From an uncultured Gemmatimonadales bacterium (GTDB taxonomy: Bacteria; Gemmatimonadota; Gemmatimonadetes; Gemmatimonadales; GWC2-71-9), in the NCBI GenBank assembly GCA_963728915.1, contig CAVSLV010000003.1, positions 64,001 through 128,000 on the forward strand: a DNA stretch of 64,000 nucleotides. Direction: 5' to 3'. This document shows, in pieces, positions 17,231 through 31,404 of this stretch (position 1 is its first letter; each line of letters begins with the position of its first letter). The notes beneath the pieces were generated by a model. It saw only the letters and a list, made by a program, of their open reading frames with translations. It ran no database searches and was not told the origin of the DNA. Position numbers and translations under genes: made by a program.

Positions 17231-19477
17231 ATGTCCAGGACGATCTTCTACATCGATCCGCCCGCCTTTTGCGCGACGGTGGAGCGGCTGGTGGCCCCCG
17301 CCCTCCGGAGCCGGCCCATCGCGGTGGCGCCGCCCGGGGCCGACCGGGCCACCGTGCTGGCGCTCTCGGCCGAGGCCCGCTCGGCGGGCGTCGAGCGCGG
17401 CATGCTGGTGCGGCGGGCCCGGAAGCTCTGCCCCGACCTGATCCTGCTCCCTCCTAACCCGCGGCTCTACGCCCGCGCGTCCCGCGCCCTCACCGAAATC
17501 CTCCGGGTCTACGCCCCGGTCATCGAGCCGCGGGGCTACGGGCACGCCTTTCTCGACCTGAGCGGCACCGAGCGGCTCTTCGGACCAGCCGCCGACCTGG
17601 CCGAGCGGATCCGGCGGGAATCCCGGGAGCGGCTCCGGCTCCCCCTCTCGGTCGGAGTTGCGGTGAATAAACTGGTCTCGGAAGCGGCGGTGAGGTCGGT
17701 GAGGTCGGTGAGGTCGGTGGGGTCGGTGGGGTCAGGGAGGTCGGGATCTGACCTCTCTGACCTCTCCGACCTCTCCGACCTCTCCGTCCTCCCTGGCGAC
17801 GAAGCTCAGTTCCTCGCTCCGAATCCTGTCATCGTGCTCCCCGATGTCCCCGACGACATCCGCACCCGGCTCGACGAATACCAGCTCGAAGCAATCGGGC
17901 AGGTGGCCGTGATCGGGGAAAGCGGACTGGCGGCGGTGTTCGGCCGGCGGGGCCGGCTGCTCGCCACCCAGGCTCGCGGCATCGACGCCCGCCCGGTCCT
18001 CTCTCCCGAAGTCAAAGCCGAGTACCGGGTGGCCCATACCCTCGCCACCGACACCAACGATCTCGCCGTGCTGCACGCGGTGCTCCGGCGACTCACCGAG
18101 GGACTGGGCAAGCGGCTTCGCCAGCGCCGGCTCGCGGCCCGCCGGCTCGTCGTCCAGGTCGATTACGCCGACTATGACAGCGCGCGCCGGGGACTCGCGC
18201 TGCCGATCGAGCCGCTCGATCGAGAGCTCCTCGATACGGCCCGGCGCGTCCTCGCCCTGGCGCTCACCCGGCGCATCGCGGTGCGAATGCTCACGGTGAC
18301 GGTGGACCGGCTGGTGGAAGCGAATCCGCAGCTGGAGCTGTTTACAGACGGACCGGCGGACGGGCGGACGGGCGGACAGGGGGAGCGCGACGAGGCGCTG
18401 CAGCGCGCGATGGATGCGATCGGGGCACTGCGAAAGCGTGGACTACCAGGTCAGCACGATCTTGCCGACCCCTCCGTTCGCCTCCATCTCCCGGTGCGCC
18501 GCGGCGACCGACGTCATGGGGAACACCGCGTGGACTACCGGCCGGAGCGTCTGGGGACGCTGCTCCGGATGTCCCGCGCTCCGAAGCGGCTCCTCGAGCG
18601 CGAGGTGGGGGCCGAAGCGGGGCAGCGCTCGGGCCTGGAACTCCGCGATCAGCGCGGCACGCTCGCTCAGCTCCCGGACCCGCATCACGCTCCCGATCAC
18701 GGTGAGCCGGCGGCGGAGGATCGGAGCGAGGTTCGCCTCGGTCGCAACCGATCCCTGGAGGAATCCCAGCAGGATGAGCCGTCCCCTCGGCGCGAGCACC
18801 GCGAGGTTGTCGGCGAAGGCGGGACCGCCCAGCACGTCGAGAATCAGATCCACCGGAGCATCGAGCTGCTCCCGGAACGAGCCCCGGCTGGTGTCGATCC
18901 CGTTGTCGAGGCCGAGCCCGCGCAGGGGCACCAGCTTGCTCGGCGTGCGCGAGGTTCCGATGACGGTCGCACCGGCCTGGTGAGCCAGCTGAATGGCCGC
19001 GGTACCGACGCCGCTGCCCGCTGCGTGCACCAGCACCCGCTCGCCCGACTGGAGGTGCCCCCGCAGCATGAGCGCGTCGTAGGCGGTGAGAAAGGCCTCG
19101 GGAATCGCGGCCGCATCCGACGGCGAGAGGTTGGAGGGCACCGGCAGCACTTCGTCCTCGTGCACCACCACGAATTCGGCGTGGGCCCCGCCCCCCACCA
19201 GCCCCATGACGCGGTCCCCGGTCTGCCAGCGGGTTACGTCGGGTCCCAGCCGCTCGACTTCGCCGGCGTATTCCAGCCCGGGAATGTTCTCGGGCCAGCC
19301 GGGCGGGGCGGGATAGGACCCCTTACGCTGGAGGATGTCGGCCCGGTTGAGCCCGGCCGCCTGGACCCGCACCCGGATCTGGCCGGTGCCGGGATCGGGC
19401 ATAGGAACTTCCTGGAGCGCCAGAACTTCGGTGCCCCCGCTGCCGGTATGCACGATGGCACGCATGATCAACAGTAA
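17231..19477 (+). CDS. Y-family (DinB/ImuB-like) polymerase, catalytically degenerate; homology ends near 18440 but the first stop is 19477
   Basis: IFYIDPPAFCATVE, SAEARSAGVERGM, LCPDL, EPRGYGHAFLD (canonical SIDE replaced), SVGVAVNKLVS, QLELF clamp-like motif. Confidence 0.85.
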   Translation: MSRTIFYIDPPAFCATVERLVAPALRSRPIAVAPPGADRATVLALSAEARSAGVERGMLVRRARKLCPDLILLPPNPRLYARASRALTEILRVYAPVIEPRGYGHAFLDLSGTERLFGPAADLAERIRRESRERLRLPLSVGVAVNKLVSEAAVRSVRSVRSVGSVGSGRSGSDLSDLSDLSDLSVLPGDEAQFLAPNPVIVLPDVPDDIRTRLDEYQLEAIGQVAVIGESGLAAVFGRRGRLLATQARGIDARPVLSPEVKAEYRVAHTLATDTNDLAVLHAVLRRLTEGLGKRLRQRRLAARRLVVQVDYADYDSARRGLALPIEPLDRELLDTARRVLALALTRRIAVRMLTVTVDRLVEANPQLELFTDGPADGRTGGQGERDEALQRAMDAIGALRKRGLPGQHDLADPSVRLHLPVRRGDRRHGEHRVDYRPERLGTLLRMSRAPKRLLEREVGAEAGQRSGLELRDQRGTLAQLPDPHHAPDHGEPAAEDRSEVRLGRNRSLEESQQDEPSPRREHREVVGEGGTAQHVENQIHRSIELLPERAPAGVDPVVEAEPAQGHQLARRARGSDDGRTGLVSQLNGRGTDAAARCVHQHPLARLEVPPQHERVVGGEKGLGNRGRIRRREVGGHRQHFVLVHHHEFGVGPAPHQPHDAVPGLPAGYVGSQPLDFAGVFQPGNVLGPAGRGGIGPLTLEDVGPVEPGRLDPHPDLAGAGIGHRNFLERQNFGAPAAGMHDGTHDQQ
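17688..17786. repeat. In-frame 99-nt hairpin of 9-mer repeats (CGGTGAGGT / CCGACCTCT) in the Y-family polymerase gene
   Basis: About six forward units then four inverted units; encodes VRSVRSVRSVGSVGSGRSGSDLSDLSDLSDLS. Confidence 0.9.
18344..18380. repeat. 8-mer repeat tract (GGCGGACN) in the Y-family polymerase gene
   Basis: Encodes TDGPADGRTGGQG straight after QLELF. Confidence 0.8.
18443..19465 (-). CDS. NAD(P)H:quinone oxidoreductase (zeta-crystallin/PIG3-like MDR)
   Basis: AAGLNRADILQRKGSYP, PGLEYAG, AAAIPEAFLTAY, HAAGSGVGTAAIQ, GKIVL. Confidence 0.93.
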   Translation of the reverse strand: MRAIVHTGSGGTEVLALQEVPMPDPGTGQIRVRVQAAGLNRADILQRKGSYPAPPGWPENIPGLEYAGEVERLGPDVTRWQTGDRVMGLVGGGAHAEFVVVHEDEVLPVPSNLSPSDAAAIPEAFLTAYDALMLRGHLQSGERVLVHAAGSGVGTAAIQLAHQAGATVIGTSRTPSKLVPLRGLGLDNGIDTSRGSFREQLDAPVDLILDVLGGPAFADNLAVLAPRGRLILLGFLQGSVATEANLAPILRRRLTVIGSVMRVRELSERAALIAEFQARALPRFGPHLALEEPLRSAGHPEQRPQTLRPVVHAVFPMTSVAAAHREMEANGGVGKIVLTW

Positions 19478-19507
19478 TCGGACAGGCCACCCTCACAGGA
19501 GAGATCC

Positions 19508-19887
19508 ATGCTGAAGCAGCTCACCCCCGTGCTGGTCGTCGATGCGGTGGAACCCTGTCTCCCCTTCTGGACCGAACGGCTGGGATTCGCCAAAACGATC
19601 GACGTTCCCGGCCCCGATGGCCGCCTGGTGTTCGCCGCGGTCCAGGGCGATGGCATCGAGATCATGTACCAGACCCGCGCCAGTGTGCTGGAAGAACGGC
19701 CCGATGCGGCCAGGGAGCTGGCCGGCCACTCGATCGTGCTGTTCATCACCACCGACGACCTCGACAGTATCGAAAAGGCGCTGGCCGGCGCCCCGGTGGT
19801 CAAGCCACGCCACCAAACGTTTTACGGCAGCACCGAGATCTACGTGCGGGAGCCGGGCGGGCACGTGGTGGGGTTTGCGCAAATGAA

Positions 19888-19891
<4 letters not shown>
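19508..19891 (+). CDS. VOC/glyoxalase family protein
   Basis: LTPVLVVDAVE...FW..RLGF; TFYGSTEIYVREPGGHVVGF; AGGAG RBS. Confidence 0.88.
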
Positions 19892-23040
<3,149 letters not shown>

Positions 23041-23057
<17 letters not shown>

Positions 23058-26000
23058 GGGAGCCGAGCAGGGTCTTCACCGCGGTCTCGAGCTGGATGTC
23101 CTTCCCGGTGTACCACTCGCCGATCGGCCGCTCCACCAGCACGTCCACCGGCCGGGGATGGAGCTCCATGTCTTTCCCCTCGTGATCGGTGATCCGGATG
23201 AACGGCATGCGCATGACGGTGCCGTCGAGCAGGGTCAGGTTCGAGGTGTAGATGATCCATCCCGCGGTCGGCTCGCCCACCACCTTGCCCAGCCCCAGGG
23301 TGCGATACCCCTCGGTGAAGTCTTCCGCATCGGACAGGGAGTGCTGATTGGTGACCAGGACCGTGGGCCGCTCAAGCGCGCGCTGGCCCAGCTGGGCCCG
23401 GGCCGGCGCGGCCACGCCGCCGCGCGGCTGCATGGTGAGATAGGGCCGCCGGGTAAACACGTCAAGCGCGTAGGCGTTCACAAAGCCGCCGTTGTTGTTG
23501 CGGATGTCGATGACCACGCCGTCGCTGGCCTGGTTCCGGGTGTCGAGGTCCACCATGAGCTGGGAGAGGGTGTTCTCGGACATGTCGTAGAGGTGGACAT
23601 AACCGATCCGACCGTTGCTGATCCTGGCGACGTAGGCCCGACGATCCTCGACCCAGGCGCGATAGAGCAGGCCCTTTTCGGTCTGGGTGCTCACCGGCCG
23701 CACCACGACGTCCCGCGCGGCGTCGGTTCCGCTCACCCGCAGGACCACCCGGCGACCCACTTTCCCCCGGAGCATCCCATCCAGATTGGTCGTCGGGGCG
23801 ATGGTGTCCCCGTCCACCGCCACGAGCCGCTCTCCGGTCTTGACCCCGCCGATCGCGCCGGGCCCGAGCGGAATCACCTCCTGGACCACGAGCCGGCCGG
23901 TCTCGAGCGCGGCCGGGTCGAACCGGAGCCCCAGCCGTCCGGTCCCCGGCCCGCCGCCGCCGCCGGGCCCGCTGATCCCCGAGTGGGACGAGTTGAGCTC
24001 CCCGATCATGAAGCCGAGGATCCGGCGCAGCTCATCGGGAGAGGAGGCTCCCCGCACGTACGGCTCGTACTCCGCGCGCACCGCATCCCAATCGGCGCCG
24101 TGATACGCGGGGTCGTAGTAGTTGTCGTGCTGGAGCGACCACGCCTGGCGAAAGACTTCGAGCTTCTCCTCCGCGAAGTCCACGTCCAGCTCCGCGGTGG
24201 CGGCAATGGTGCGGACCTGGCGGTTGTCGAGATTCACCGCCTGCAAGCGCCCCTGCTCCAGGTAGTAGATCTCCTTGTTGTCGGGGGAGAACGCGATCCG
24301 GTTCTTGAATCCGGCCGTCGAGGTCACCTGCCGTGCTACCTGTTCATCATTGGACAGCTCGTCGAGCGGCCAGGTGTAGATGTTGGTGCGCCCCGCCACC
24401 GCGGCGGTGAAGGCGAGCAGCTTCCCGTCGGGGCTGATGATCTCTTCGCCGACGTCCAGACCGACCGGAATCAGGGAAAGCCGTTTTCGCACCTCGGCGA
24501 GCTCGAAGGCGGCATGGGAGGGAGGGGCCGCCCGCTCGGCGCTGTCCCGCGGTGGGGCGGCAGGGGCCGGGTTGGGCGAGGGGGCGGACGGACGAGCCGG
24601 CCTGGTCTCCTCGTTGAAGAGATCCCGAAACCGATCCTCGCGAAATCTCGGGGTGCGTGGCACCAGGTCGATCCGCGCCAGCGTGGTCGCCTCGGTCCGC
24701 TGGTTGGAATCCACCAGCAGCCAATTCCCCTCGGGGTCCCAGGTCACCGCGCCCGCGAACGCGTTGGCGAGAAAGCTCACCTGCACCGGCTCGCCGCCCG
24801 CGGCGGGCACCAGGTACACGTTGGTGAAGCCCTTGTCGGCGGTGTTGAGATAGGCGATCCACTTGCCATCGGGCGACCACGCGACGCTCCGGGGCGAGGT
24901 GAACGGCGCGCGATCGAGCACCCCGCTCGCGAGCAGGCGGTCCCGCTTGGTCGCACGATCGAGCACCCGAAGCTCGCGGCCATCCCGCACGAACGCGACC
25001 TGTTTGCCGTCGGGCGAGTACCTCGGCGTGACGTCATTGAGGGGCTGATCGGTCAGCCGGGTCTCGGCGCCGGAGACGAAGTCGTACTCGAACAGGTTGA
25101 GCGCGCCGTCCCGGGTCGAGGCGTAGACCAGGCGCCGGCTGTCGGGAGACCAGGCCGGCTGGGTTTCCCGGGCGGAGGTGCTGGTGACCCGGGCCGCCAG
25201 GCCGCCGTCCTTGGTTCCCACGGCGAACACCTCGCCCCGGACCACGAAGGCGAGCTTCTTCCCGTCGGGCGAGAGGGCGGCTTCCTGAAACTGGTTCTGC
25301 AGAGTGAGCCGCTCGGTTACCGGCTGGGTCGCGGCGCCCCGCAGGGTGACCGGCACCCGGGCGGCCCGTCCGGTCGCCGTTTCCAGGGTCCAGATCCCGA
25401 AGTCCCGCTCGAAGGCGATCCGTTTTCCGTCGCGGGTTATGCTCGGCCAGAGCACCCGGCCGTCCCGGAAGGTGGTGACCTGCCGGGCCGGCCCCTGCAC
25501 CGGCCGGGTCCAGAGATTCTGGCTCCCGCTCCGGTCGGAGACGAACCACAGGGTTCCCGCATCGCTCCAGAGCGGCCACCCCTCCCGCGCCTTGCCGTCG
25601 GTGAGCGGCTGATACGACGGCGGCGAGCCCGGCTTCACCAGCACCAGCTGACTCTGGTCGAGGTGGCTGCTTCCCTTGCGCCACCACTGCGTCGCGCTGT
25701 TCCCCCGCGCGGTGATGACGATCTCCTTTCCATCGGGTGCCGGGGCGGCCCAGTACTCGCTCGCGTACCGGTCGGCGCTCACCGGGACCGGAGTGCCCCC
25801 AGCGGCGGAAACCTTGTACACGTCGTTCATTCCCGAAATGTCGCGGCTGTTGCTGGAGTAGTAGAGCCACTTGCCATCGGGCGACCAGGCATCGAGCTGC
25901 TCGCTGCCGTCCTCGAAGGTGAGCTGGCGCAGGGCGCCGGTCCCAAGGGTGAGCACCCAGACGTCGACGCTCCCGGCCCGCGTGGAATTAAAGGCCAGCT

Positions 26001-26229
26001 CCTTGCCATCGGGGGAATAGAGCGGGCGGGATTCCACGCCGGGGTGCGCCACCAGGAGGCGGGCCTCCCCTCCCGGGGCCTTCACGGTCCAGATATCTCC
26101 CCCGTTGACGAACGCAATCTCCTCTCCATCGGGAGAGATGCCGGGGGTCGCGAAGGAAGGAATCGCTGTGGGTTCGGAGGCCGCGAACGGCAGCAGCGCG
26201 AGCAGGGAATAGCGGATGAAACGGAACAT
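23041..26229 (-). CDS. Tricorn-like S41 family peptidase (PD40 propellers, PDZ, S41 domain)
   Basis: Signal peptide; many SPDG repeats; GELNSSH, IGYVHL, IDIRNNNGG, SLSDAEDF, GKVVGEPTAG. Confidence 0.93.
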
Positions 26230-26293
26230 GAATCTCTACCGGCAAGGGAAGGCAGCGACGGAAGGTGCAGCGCCGGGCCCCGCCTGTCCAGAT

Positions 26294-26379
26294 GGCGGGT
26301 CGGCGGGTCAGAGGGTCAGACGGACCTCTCCGACCTCACCGACCTCACCGACCCACCGATCTCACCTGACCCTCCGACC
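26294..26379. repeat. Mostly intergenic mixed 8/9-mer hairpin repeat
   Basis: GGCGGGTC x2, AGAGGGTC, then (CCGACCTCA)n; overlaps the stop of the metalloprotease gene. Confidence 0.8.
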
Positions 26380-28756
26380 AATCTGTCCATGCGCGTCGAT
26401 GGTGTAGAGCGGGCCCATGAACACGTCGTCCTGAAGCCGGATCAGCACCTCGGGAGGTGCGTCGACCCGGACCGCTAGGGTCAGGAAGAAGGGATCGGCG
26501 GCGGCCAGGTTGATCGTGTAGCCGAAATCGGCCAGGGAGCGCACCGTGAGGAGGCTCAGCGGGTTCGGGCTGCCGATGTTGAGGAACCCCGTCATCAGCT
26601 CGTTCGCCAGCACCGACTCCCGCCAGTGCACGTTGATGTTCCCCGACGAATACATGTTCTCGACCGGGACCTTGTTGCCCTGGGTGTAGGTGCTGCCCCC
26701 GATCGCATCGAAGCCGGCGATGGCCCCGGCCCCGTTGTCATGGGTGTCGTTCGGAGGCCCCCCGACCGGAGAGGGCTGTTGCAGCAGGCCGAAGGTGCTC
26801 CAGAGACTGCCGATCCCGAGGACGTGGCCCATCTCGTGGAGAATGACGTTGGTGAGCTGGCCGCTGGCCTCGAGCATGTCGACGTCGGCCACGTCGAAGC
26901 GCATCAGGCCGATCACGGGAAGATTGCCGGGGATCCGGATGAAACAGGGGCCGGCGGAGCCCAGGATCTTGTTGGGCCCGTCGATCGGCTCGATGGTCGC
27001 GAAGATGAGCAGGTCGTCGATGGTCCGGTTGACGAGGGCCGGCGCATTGCTCCCGCAGAGTCCGGGGGAAAGGCTCACGTTGGCCAGGTCCGCGACGTCG
27101 CCGGTGACGATGCCGCCCCAGCGCGAAACGGCATTCGCGAACGCGGCTTCCTGGGGACCGGTGACGCAGCTCAGGTACTGGACGCTGATGTCATAACCCG
27201 GCCCGCGGGGCGAGAGGCCGGTCGCGACGAAACTGACCGGGTTCCCGGCGACTCCGGGAGCGGCGACGGTCGCGGTGAGGCAATTGACGCCGGGGCCGAG
27301 CACCCAGCTTCCCACCGTGGCGAGGCCCAGAGCATTGGTGACCACCGAGGCTTCGCTCAGCGTTCCCGTCCCGCGGGTGATCGCGAAATTCACGGTGACG
27401 CCGGATACGCCGACGCCGGAGAAGTCGCGCACCACCACCGCGGGACGATTCGCGGTGGCGGCGCCCGGGACCGCGGTTTCGAACTGGCCGGTGCTCAGGA
27501 CCACACTGCTCGCAACGCCCCCGGCGGTCGCGGTGGCGGTGAACTGGACCACGGCAAGCCCCGCGACCGTGGCGGTCAGGGTATTGGGACCGGAGCTCGG
27601 GCCGAGGACCCAGTTGCCGGCCTGGGCGACCCCGGCGGAGCCGGTGACCCCGATCGCCCCGATCAGGGTCCCGCCGCCGCCGGTAATCGCGAAGGTGACC
27701 GTGACCCCGGCGACCGGATTGCCGAACTGGTCTCCGACCCGCACCGCGGGCGCGACCGGCACCGAGGTTCCCGCCGGAGCGGTCTGGCCCTGCCCGGCCT
27801 GAATCGAGAGAGTCGCGGCGGGGCCGGCCCGGCCGGTGGCGGTGAAGAGCACCGGCATGGCCCCCGGAATGGAAGCCGAGAGCGTGTTAGGGCCGGCCAG
27901 TTGCCCCAGCACCCAGGAGCCGACCGCGGCGGTTCCGCCGGCGGTGCTCGTGGGAGTGCCGCCCTGCACCATGCCCTGCCCCGCGGTCACCGCGAAGCTG
28001 ACCAGCACGGCGGGGACCGGATTGCCGAACGGATCCCGGACCACCACCGCCGGCGCGATCGGCACCGGGGTCCCGACGATCGCTTCCTGTCCCTGTCCCA
28101 CGTCGACGATCAGCTGGGACGGGTTCCCGGGCTGGGCCGAGGCGGTGAACGTCACCCCCATGCCGTTGGCGAGCGCCGCAAGCACTTGATGCGCGGGCCC
28201 GGCGCTGGTCCCCAGGGTCCAGACGGTTGACGCAATGCCGTCGGCTCCGGTGGCCACGGAAGGCTGGGACACCGCCCCGGAGCCCTGGATCACCGAGAAG
28301 ATCACCGGGTATCCGGAAATCGGCGCACCGAGCCGATCCAGCACTCGCACCTCGAGCGGGGTGACCAGCGCCGCTCCTACCGCACCGGTTTGCAAATCGC
28401 CCGACAGTTTGACCGGGGCGACCGGCACTTGAGCCACCTCGATCGAGATGGTCGCCTGCACCGCGCCGGCCGTCACGGTGACGATCGCACTGCCGTTGCC
28501 GTGGGCGGTCAGGGTCGCGACGTTGCCGGATGGACTGATCGTGACACTGGCGGAGCTGGTGGACCAGGTCAAGGCTCGCGTCGAGGGATTGGCCCCGCTG
28601 GTCGAGCACCGTCGCGCTCACCTGCTGGGAGGCCCCGAGGGCATCGAAGGAAATGGCGGTGACCGACAGGGAGATCGAAGACGGGACCGGCGAGGGGGCC
28701 GAGGTGCATCCCAGGAAGAGCGCGGAGAAACAGCCCAGCAGCCAAACCCGTTTCAT
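26362..28756 (-). CDS. Lipoprotein with bacterial Ig-like repeats and a C-terminal leishmanolysin-like (M8-type) zinc metalloprotease (frameshift near 28573)
   Basis: Lipobox FLG-C; repeats of D.FGNPV.GV.V.F...WVLG...GPNTL; HEMGHVLGIG, HWRESVLANELMTG; N-terminus in a different frame. Confidence 0.85.
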
Positions 28757-28846
28757 CGGCCCCCATTCACTGGAAAAGGCATGCCGTCGCCGTCATGAGC
28801 GCGTCCGACGTCACCGGTAAGGTTATCATCAAAGAGAGCCTCGATC

Positions 28847-30022
28847 ATGTCGCTGCAAAGCCTGCATACTCTTTCAATTCTCCTGTTGAGCCTGTGCCCG
28901 GGCTGTGGAAACTCGAGCGGCATTCTCACCCCCCCGCCGCCACCGCCTGCCTCCGCGGACGTCCGCCTGTCGGAGGTGACCCACGAGGTCGGCTTCCCGG
29001 TGTTCGTGACGGCGCCTCCGGGCGATCAGCATCGCGTCTTCATCGTGGACAAGGGAGGCAGGATCCGCATCGTGAAGAACGGAGTCCTCCTCGCCGGGCC
29101 CTTCCTGGATATCAGCAACCGGGTGTCCGGCGGGGACGAGCAGGGGTTGCTCGGCCTTGCGTTCCATCCAAACTACGCCGGCAACGGCCGCTTCGTGGTG
29201 GACTATACCAACACCGCCGGCGATACCCGGGTCGCGGTCTTCCGGGTGAGCGCGAATCCGGATGTCGCCGACCCCGCGAGCGAGCAGGTGGTGCTATCGA
29301 TCCCGCAACCCTTCTCCAACCATAACGGCGGGATGGTGGTGTTCGGGCCGGACGGGAAGCTCTACATCGGCACCGGCGATGGGGGCTCCGGCGGCGACCC
29401 TCAGGGCAACGCGCAGAACCGGAACAGTCTCCTCGGCAAGCTGCTCCGGGTGAGTCTGGACGACAACGGACTGCTCTCCATCCCGCCGGACAATCCCTTC
29501 GTGGGGGAGCCCGGGGTGCGGGGCGAGATCTGGAGCTACGGGCTCCGGAACCCGTGGCGTTTCAGCTTCGACCGGTCCACCGGCGATCTCTACATCGCGG
29601 ACGTGGGACAGAGCACCCGAGAGGAGGTCGACATCGCGACCCCGGCGCTCAACCGCGGCAAAGGTCTCAATTTCGGCTGGAACGTCATGGAGGGAACCGC
29701 GTGTTATGACTCCTCCAGCTGCAATCGCACCGGGCTGACCCTGCCGGTCCTCGACTACACCCACGCCGACGGCTGCTCGATCACCGGCGGGTACGTGTAT
29801 CGGGGCGCGGCCCTGCCCGCCCTGGCCGGCCGCTATTTCTATTCCGACTGGTGCTCCGGCTGGGTCCGGAGCTTCCGGTTCAGCAACGGGACCGCCGCCG
29901 ATCCGCAGGACTGGCCGACCCTCCAGCCCGGGGGCGGGGTGGCCAGCTTCGGCGAGGACGGCCGGGGCGAGCTGTACCTGATGACCGGCTCCGCCGTGTA
30001 CCGGATCGTCCCCGCGTCCTAA
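28847..30022 (+). CDS. PQQ-dependent glucose/sorbosone dehydrogenase family lipoprotein
   Basis: EQGLLGLAFHP, NHNGG..FGPDGKLYIGTGDGG, YGLRNPWRFSFD, ADVGQ, SFGEDGRGELY. Confidence 0.92.
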   Translation: MSLQSLHTLSILLLSLCPGCGNSSGILTPPPPPPASADVRLSEVTHEVGFPVFVTAPPGDQHRVFIVDKGGRIRIVKNGVLLAGPFLDISNRVSGGDEQGLLGLAFHPNYAGNGRFVVDYTNTAGDTRVAVFRVSANPDVADPASEQVVLSIPQPFSNHNGGMVVFGPDGKLYIGTGDGGSGGDPQGNAQNRNSLLGKLLRVSLDDNGLLSIPPDNPFVGEPGVRGEIWSYGLRNPWRFSFDRSTGDLYIADVGQSTREEVDIATPALNRGKGLNFGWNVMEGTACYDSSSCNRTGLTLPVLDYTHADGCSITGGYVYRGAALPALAGRYFYSDWCSGWVRSFRFSNGTAADPQDWPTLQPGGGVASFGEDGRGELYLMTGSAVYRIVPAS

Positions 30023-30030
30023 CCCGCAAG

Positions 30031-30975
30031 GTGCCCCCACCCACCCCTCCCGCCGATCCCGACGCCCTGCGGCGTCTGGCCAGGGCGGTGCCGGCCGGGG
30101 TGCGGTTCGGCACGTCGTCGTGGAACTATCCCGGCTGGAAGGGGCTGGTCTACGGCGGGGAGTACCCCAGGAACGGGGCCGCGGCCGCGATGCTGGCCGA
30201 GTACGCCCGGTTCCCGCTCTTCGGAACGGTTGGGATCGACTCGAGCTTCTATGGCCCCCCCACTCCTGCGACCTACGCGCGCTATGCCAGGGCCCTCCCG
30301 CCCGGGTTTCCCTGCGTCGCCAAAGTGTGGGATCGCATCACGGTGCACACCTTTGCCAAAGCGCGAGAGCCCGCCCGCGCCGGCCAACCGAACCCCGAGT
30401 TCCTGAATCCGGCGCTGTTCCTGGACGAGGTGTGGGGACCGGCCCGGGAGCACTTCGGCGCCCACCAGGGGCCCCTGGTCTTCGAGTTTCAGGCGATCGC
30501 GCGGGAGGATCGGGTCAGCCCGGAAGGGTTCGCGGAGCGCCTGGACCGGTTCTTCGAGGCACTCCCCCGGGAAGGCCGCTACGCGGTGGAAGTCCGGAAC
30601 CCCGAGTTCCTGATCCCGGCGTATTTCGCGGTGCTCCGGGGGCACGATGTCGCCCACGTCTTCAATGCCTGGACCCGGATGCCGACCATGGGCGAGCAGC
30701 TCGACCTTCCCGGCTCGGTCACCGCCGGGTTCCTGGTGGCCCGGGCCCTGCTCCGGCCGGGCCGGGCCTACGCCGACGCGGTGGACGCCTTCGCGCCCTA
30801 CGACCGGGTGCGGGACCCTAACCCGGAGCTCCGCATCGACCTGGTCCGGCTGGCCCGGACCGCCGAGCGACTCCGGATCCCCGCCTATCTGCTGGTGAAC
30901 AATCGTGCCGAAGGAAGCGCGCCCTATACGATCATCGAGGTGGTGCGGATACTCGAGAAAGGGGCCGGGGGCTAG
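30031..30975 (+). CDS. DUF72 (YecE-like) domain protein
   Basis: FGTSSWNYPGW, TVGIDSSFY, YAVEVRN, VNNRAEGSAP; GTG start is an estimate. Confidence 0.88.
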   Translation: MPPPTPPADPDALRRLARAVPAGVRFGTSSWNYPGWKGLVYGGEYPRNGAAAAMLAEYARFPLFGTVGIDSSFYGPPTPATYARYARALPPGFPCVAKVWDRITVHTFAKAREPARAGQPNPEFLNPALFLDEVWGPAREHFGAHQGPLVFEFQAIAREDRVSPEGFAERLDRFFEALPREGRYAVEVRNPEFLIPAYFAVLRGHDVAHVFNAWTRMPTMGEQLDLPGSVTAGFLVARALLRPGRAYADAVDAFAPYDRVRDPNPELRIDLVRLARTAERLRIPAYLLVNNRAEGSAPYTIIEVVRILEKGAGG

Positions 30976-31011
30976 GGGATAACTATTCCCCAGCCCCTAT
31001 TCTCTATTCGC
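30972..31011. repeat. 7-mer (NNGAATA on minus strand) tract and small hairpin between convergent genes
   Basis: Reverse strand AGCGAAT AGAGAAT AGGGGCT GGGGAAT AG; same unit as the 22361 tract. Confidence 0.5.
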
Positions 31012-31371
31012 TGTCCTTCGATGCGCCGCGCGCCGAAACCGGCGCCGGGAAGGCTTGCGGCTCCGGAGGGCCGCGGTGTGGGCGGTCTGGCCCAGCTCGA
31101 CCAGCTGAGCAAACTCCACCTGGTAGGGAATCTCCACCCATCCCTGGGAAGCGGTCAGGCGCTCGGAGAGAAAGGGCCGGGCCGCGCCGGTTTGCAGGGT
31201 AACGGTACGGACCGGCTCGGGGAGCCGGAGCACCAGCGCATTCACCCCCAGGACCGCGAACATGCGCTCGCCGGCAAAGAACGCATCGCTGCCGAACAGC
31301 TTTCTGGCCCGCACCCCGGGGAGGGTGCTCAGGGCGTCGCGGATCAGGGTGGGGCGGGCCGGGGGTACCAT
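30997..31371 (-). CDS. TfoX/Sxy N-terminal-like domain protein
   Basis: VRARKLFGSDAFFAGERMFA...LVLRL...ARPF...GWVEIP pattern. Confidence 0.65.
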   Translation of the reverse strand: MVPPARPTLIRDALSTLPGVRARKLFGSDAFFAGERMFAVLGVNALVLRLPEPVRTVTLQTGAARPFLSERLTASQGWVEIPYQVEFAQLVELGQTAHTAALRSRKPSRRRFRRAAHRRTANRE

Positions 31372-31404
31372 TCGAAAGATGGTACCGCTCGGAGGACCGC
31401 GGCG

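Noticed and set aside
17688..17786. Repeat tracts as a CRISPR array
   Set aside because: Units are 7-9 nt, contiguous, without unique spacers, inside ORFs; no cas genes in the window
23158..26478. 1106-aa plus-strand ORF and similar long antisense ORFs (439-2160, 55301-57142, 61577-63724)
   Set aside because: Shadow frames of well-supported opposite-strand genes in high-GC DNA; no recognisable motifs
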